Shown here one piece after another: positions 61,637 to 64,000 of a DNA stretch of 64,000 bases. The position numbers were made by a program, and so were the translations under genes. Numbering within the stretch: the stretch's first letter is position 1; the number at the start of each line of letters is the position of its first letter. The stretch comes from Phycisphaerales bacterium (GTDB lineage Bacteria; Planctomycetota; Phycisphaerae; Phycisphaerales; UBA5793). Below the pieces are notes generated by a model that worked only from the letters and a program-made list of their open reading frames with translations, did no database searches and was not told where the DNA came from. The DNA lies in NCBI GenBank assembly GCA_020852515.1, contig JADZAS010000023.1:135346-199345 (forward strand), read 5' to 3'.

Positions 61637-63355
61637 GTGAGCAGCAAACCACGAGTCATGATCATCGGCCTCGACGGCATGACGTTTGACGTCATGAAGC
61701 CGCTGACCGAGCAGGGCGTGATGCCCACGTGCAAATCGCTCATGGACCGCGGTTCGTGGGGCACGCTGATGAGCACCGTGCCGCCGGTGACCGGCCCGGC
61801 GTGGGTGTCGTTCGCCACCGGCAAGCAGCCGGGCAATCACGGTGTATTCGACTTCTTCAAGCCGACCAAGGCCAACAACAAGGCCCAGATCAGCCGGCGC
61901 GTGGTCAACGCCCGCGAGGTGGATGGCAAGACGCTCTGGCAGATTCTCACCGAAGCCGGCAAGACGAGCATCGTGATGAACGTGCCGGTGAGTTACCCGG
62001 CGGCGCCGATCAAGGGCGTCATGCTCGCCGACATGCTCTCGCCGCACAAAGAGGGCGACTTCTCCTGGCCGCGCGACCTCATCCGGACGCTCGAACCCAA
62101 ACTCGGCGAATACACCATCACCGTCAACTGGCAGGGCTACTCAGCCGCGCGGCCGCAGCAGTTCATCGATGATGAGGTCAAGTGCGAGTGGCAGCGCACC
62201 AAGTACTGCCTGCACCTGATGGACCAGTACCCCGACTGGGAACTCTGCTTCCCGTGCTTCACCGAGACCGACCGGATGATGCACGCGATGTGGAACTACC
62301 TCGACCCGAAAGAGCGCGAGAAGCTCAAGAAGTCGGGCAAGTACGACCAGGCGGTGATGGACAAGGTCATCGAGTTCTACCGCGAGCAGGACAAGATGAT
62401 CGCGCAACTGCTCGAGAAGGCCGGGCCAGAGACAACAGTGTTCTTCGTCTCCGACCACGGCTTCGGGCCGCTCTACGGCAAATTCATGGTGAACAACTTC
62501 CTCGCGCAGCGCGGCCTGCTGGTGGTCAACCAGATGAAGATCCGCCAGGCGCTGGCGCTCATCCTGCTCAAGAAGATGTGGTTCAAGTTCCTCAAGACCA
62601 TCGGCTTCCAGGCGTGGGCGCGGCAGCGCCTCACCCGCCGCGCCGCACGCCAGTCCGGAGCCGCGCGCACCTTCTACGACGTGTTCTACGAGTCGATCGA
62701 CTGGGAGAAGACCAAGGCGTACATGGCCAGCAATACCGAAGGCGGCCTGTATCTCAATGTGAAGGGTCGCCAACTCTACGGCTCGCACGTCGATCATGGC
62801 TGCATCGAGCCGCGCGACTACGAAAAGGTCCGCAACGAAGTCATCGAAGCGCTGCGCGACATCCGCCACCCCGAGACCGGCCGGCCCATGCTCTCACACG
62901 TCAAAGTGCGCGAAGAGGTCTACACGGGCAAGTACACTGATCGCGCGCCCGACATCGTGTTCTTCCTCGACAACGGCGAGTGGATCGCAGACTTTTCGCT
63001 GGGCAAAGGTGCATTCCGCAAGGCCGATTGGAAGACCGGCTCAGGCATGCACCGCATGGAAGGCTGCTTCCTCGCGTGCGGCCCGGGCATCAAGCACAAC
63101 CCGAACGTCACGACGGACATCTTCAACGTCGTGCCGACGGTGCTGGGCTACATGGGCCTGCCGATTCCCGATGACATGGATGGCAAGTTCATCCGCGAGG
63201 CGTTCACCGACGAGTGGCTTGCCTCGCACGAGATCACCTACGCCGGCACGTCGTCGCAGGAAGGCAAGGGCTGGGGCGAAGGCCAGGATGTCTTCAACCA
63301 GGATGAAGAGCAGGTGCTTGTGGATCGCCTGCGCGGCCTGGGTTATCTCGACTGA
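61637..63355 (+). CDS. Alkaline phosphatase family protein, type I phosphodiesterase/nucleotide pyrophosphatase-like
   Basis: It uses a GTG start. The product contains VMIIGLDGMTFDVMKPL...VPPVTGPAWVSFATGKQPGNHGVFDF...FFVSDHGFGP...GMHRMEG. Confidence 0.8.
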   Translation: MSSKPRVMIIGLDGMTFDVMKPLTEQGVMPTCKSLMDRGSWGTLMSTVPPVTGPAWVSFATGKQPGNHGVFDFFKPTKANNKAQISRRVVNAREVDGKTLWQILTEAGKTSIVMNVPVSYPAAPIKGVMLADMLSPHKEGDFSWPRDLIRTLEPKLGEYTITVNWQGYSAARPQQFIDDEVKCEWQRTKYCLHLMDQYPDWELCFPCFTETDRMMHAMWNYLDPKEREKLKKSGKYDQAVMDKVIEFYREQDKMIAQLLEKAGPETTVFFVSDHGFGPLYGKFMVNNFLAQRGLLVVNQMKIRQALALILLKKMWFKFLKTIGFQAWARQRLTRRAARQSGAARTFYDVFYESIDWEKTKAYMASNTEGGLYLNVKGRQLYGSHVDHGCIEPRDYEKVRNEVIEALRDIRHPETGRPMLSHVKVREEVYTGKYTDRAPDIVFFLDNGEWIADFSLGKGAFRKADWKTGSGMHRMEGCFLACGPGIKHNPNVTTDIFNVVPTVLGYMGLPIPDDMDGKFIREAFTDEWLASHEITYAGTSSQEGKGWGEGQDVFNQDEEQVLVDRLRGLGYLD

Positions 63356-64000
63356 CCGATCGCGGTTTCGCCATCAGCGTTCAAGCGCTGCCGCGCGATC
63401 TTCACTGCCTCCGCCGAGACATCGCAGCCGATCCACTTCCGCTGCAATCGCTGCGCCGCCACGAGCGTCGTGCCGCTGCCGCAGAAGAAGTCTGCGACGA
63501 GGCCGCCGGGCGGACAGCATGCTGTGATGAGCCGTTCGAGCAGGGCCAGGGGCTTCTGCGTCGGATAGCCCGTGCGCTCCGCGGCCATGTTGTTGATCGA
63601 GGGGATGTCGAGCACATCCGTGGCTTTCTTCGTGAGCCCGCGCATGCGCGCGCTCGTCGCCGGCACGCGCGGCGGCTCGAACCAGTACTGCTCCGACCGG
63701 CCGTAGAAGAGAATGTCATCGTGCTTGCGGGCAAAGCGGCGCGGCGAGGAGCCGCCCAGGCCGTAGGACCAGATGAGATGGTTCACGAACCGCTCAGCGC
63801 CGAAGATCTCATCGAGCAGCAGCCGCAGGTGATGGCTCGTGCGCCAGTCGCAGTGCAGCAGCAGCGAGCCCGTCGGCTTGAGCACGCGATGCATCTCGGC
63901 AAGGCGCGGCCGCATGAACGCGAGATAGTCGCGCATCGTCGGCCATGCGTCGGCGTAGCAGGCTGCTTGTCCGGCCGTTCCGCCTGCGCGCTGTGTCCCC
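63343..64000 (-). CDS. DNA methyltransferase (N4/N6 type), N-terminus beyond the right edge
   Basis: The product contains LKPTGSLLLHCDW, RKHDDILFY, YPTQKPLALLERLI and VADFFCGSGTTLVAAQRLQRKWIGCD. The reading frame stays open upstream of Met 63936 through to position 64000. Confidence 0.8.
   Translation of the reverse strand, partial: GTQRAGGTAGQAACYADAWPTMRDYLAFMRPRLAEMHRVLKPTGSLLLHCDWRTSHHLRLLLDEIFGAERFVNHLIWSYGLGGSSPRRFARKHDDILFYGRSEQYWFEPPRVPATSARMRGLTKKATDVLDIPSINNMAAERTGYPTQKPLALLERLITACCPPGGLVADFFCGSGTTLVAAQRLQRKWIGCDVSAEAVKIARQRLNADGETAIGQSR

Noticed and set aside
1-64000. A search by eye for rRNA, tRNA, CRISPR arrays, IS elements/transposases, integrases, and phage or toxin-antitoxin modules.
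   Set aside because: No cloverleaf-like sequences turned up in the few intergenic regions longer than 150 nt. There are no regularly spaced direct repeats and no transposase-, integrase- or phage-like translations in any frame. tRNA or ncRNA scanning software would be needed to exclude small RNAs.

Overview
High-GC (roughly two-thirds G+C by eye), densely coding bacterial chromosomal window with about 60 CDS. I found no rRNA, tRNA, CRISPR array, IS element or prophage. Gene content points to Planctomycetota: a DUF1559/H-X9-DG prepilin-like protein, many large signal-peptide proteins, sulfotransferase and sulfatase-like genes, and exported MsrB-MsrA fusions.

Main blocks:
- (1) 1-3346, minus strand: a respiratory-type module of membrane-anchored tetrahaem cytochrome c, Tat-exported NrfC-like 4Fe-4S protein, NrfD-like quinone-interacting membrane protein and a further multihaem cytochrome that runs off the left edge.
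- (2) 3.5-18.6 kb: exported proteins of unknown function mixed with housekeeping genes (SDR epimerase, AI-2E transporter, M42 peptidase, GcvT/YgfZ-like).
- (3) 18.8-21.0 kb: two tandem exported MsrB-MsrA fusions.
- (4) 21-29 kb: small regulators and housekeeping genes (DinB, CheY-like receiver, sugar-phosphate isomerase, GNAT, a solitary nuoA, EAL-CBS-degenerate GGDEF, dnaB).
- (5) 29.3-32.5 kb: three tandem paralogous secreted proteins. Their roughly 100-aa four-cysteine C-terminal module is also found on the PQQ-like propeller protein at 4717-6396.
- (6) 32.7-37.9 kb: tatD, a 906-aa acidic/proline-rich membrane protein with an 18-bp tandem repeat, and gnd.
- (7) 37.9-48.2 kb: a tightly coupled 12-gene T2SS/T4P-like operon (PilZ, GspE, GspF, five pseudopilins, an embedded beta-helix exoprotein, GspL/M/C-like genes) with no secretin or prepilin peptidase.
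- (8) 48.4-56.1 kb: CoA-transferase A/B, kynA-kynU, an RDD protein, a lipoprotein trio and a cyclodeaminase.
- (9) 56.2-63.4 kb: a probable envelope-modification cluster (PmtA-like methyltransferase, two sulfotransferases, a Thr-type sulfatase-like enzyme, a GT4 glycosyltransferase, an NPP-like phosphodiesterase).
- (10) A partial DNA methyltransferase at the right edge.

The best candidates for something undescribed are the secretin-less PilZ-led pilus/secretion operon with its embedded beta-helix protein, the tandem secreted-protein family sharing the 4-Cys C-terminal module, and the sulfotransferase/alkaline-phosphatase-superfamily cluster.

All calls come from reading the translations. No database search was possible.
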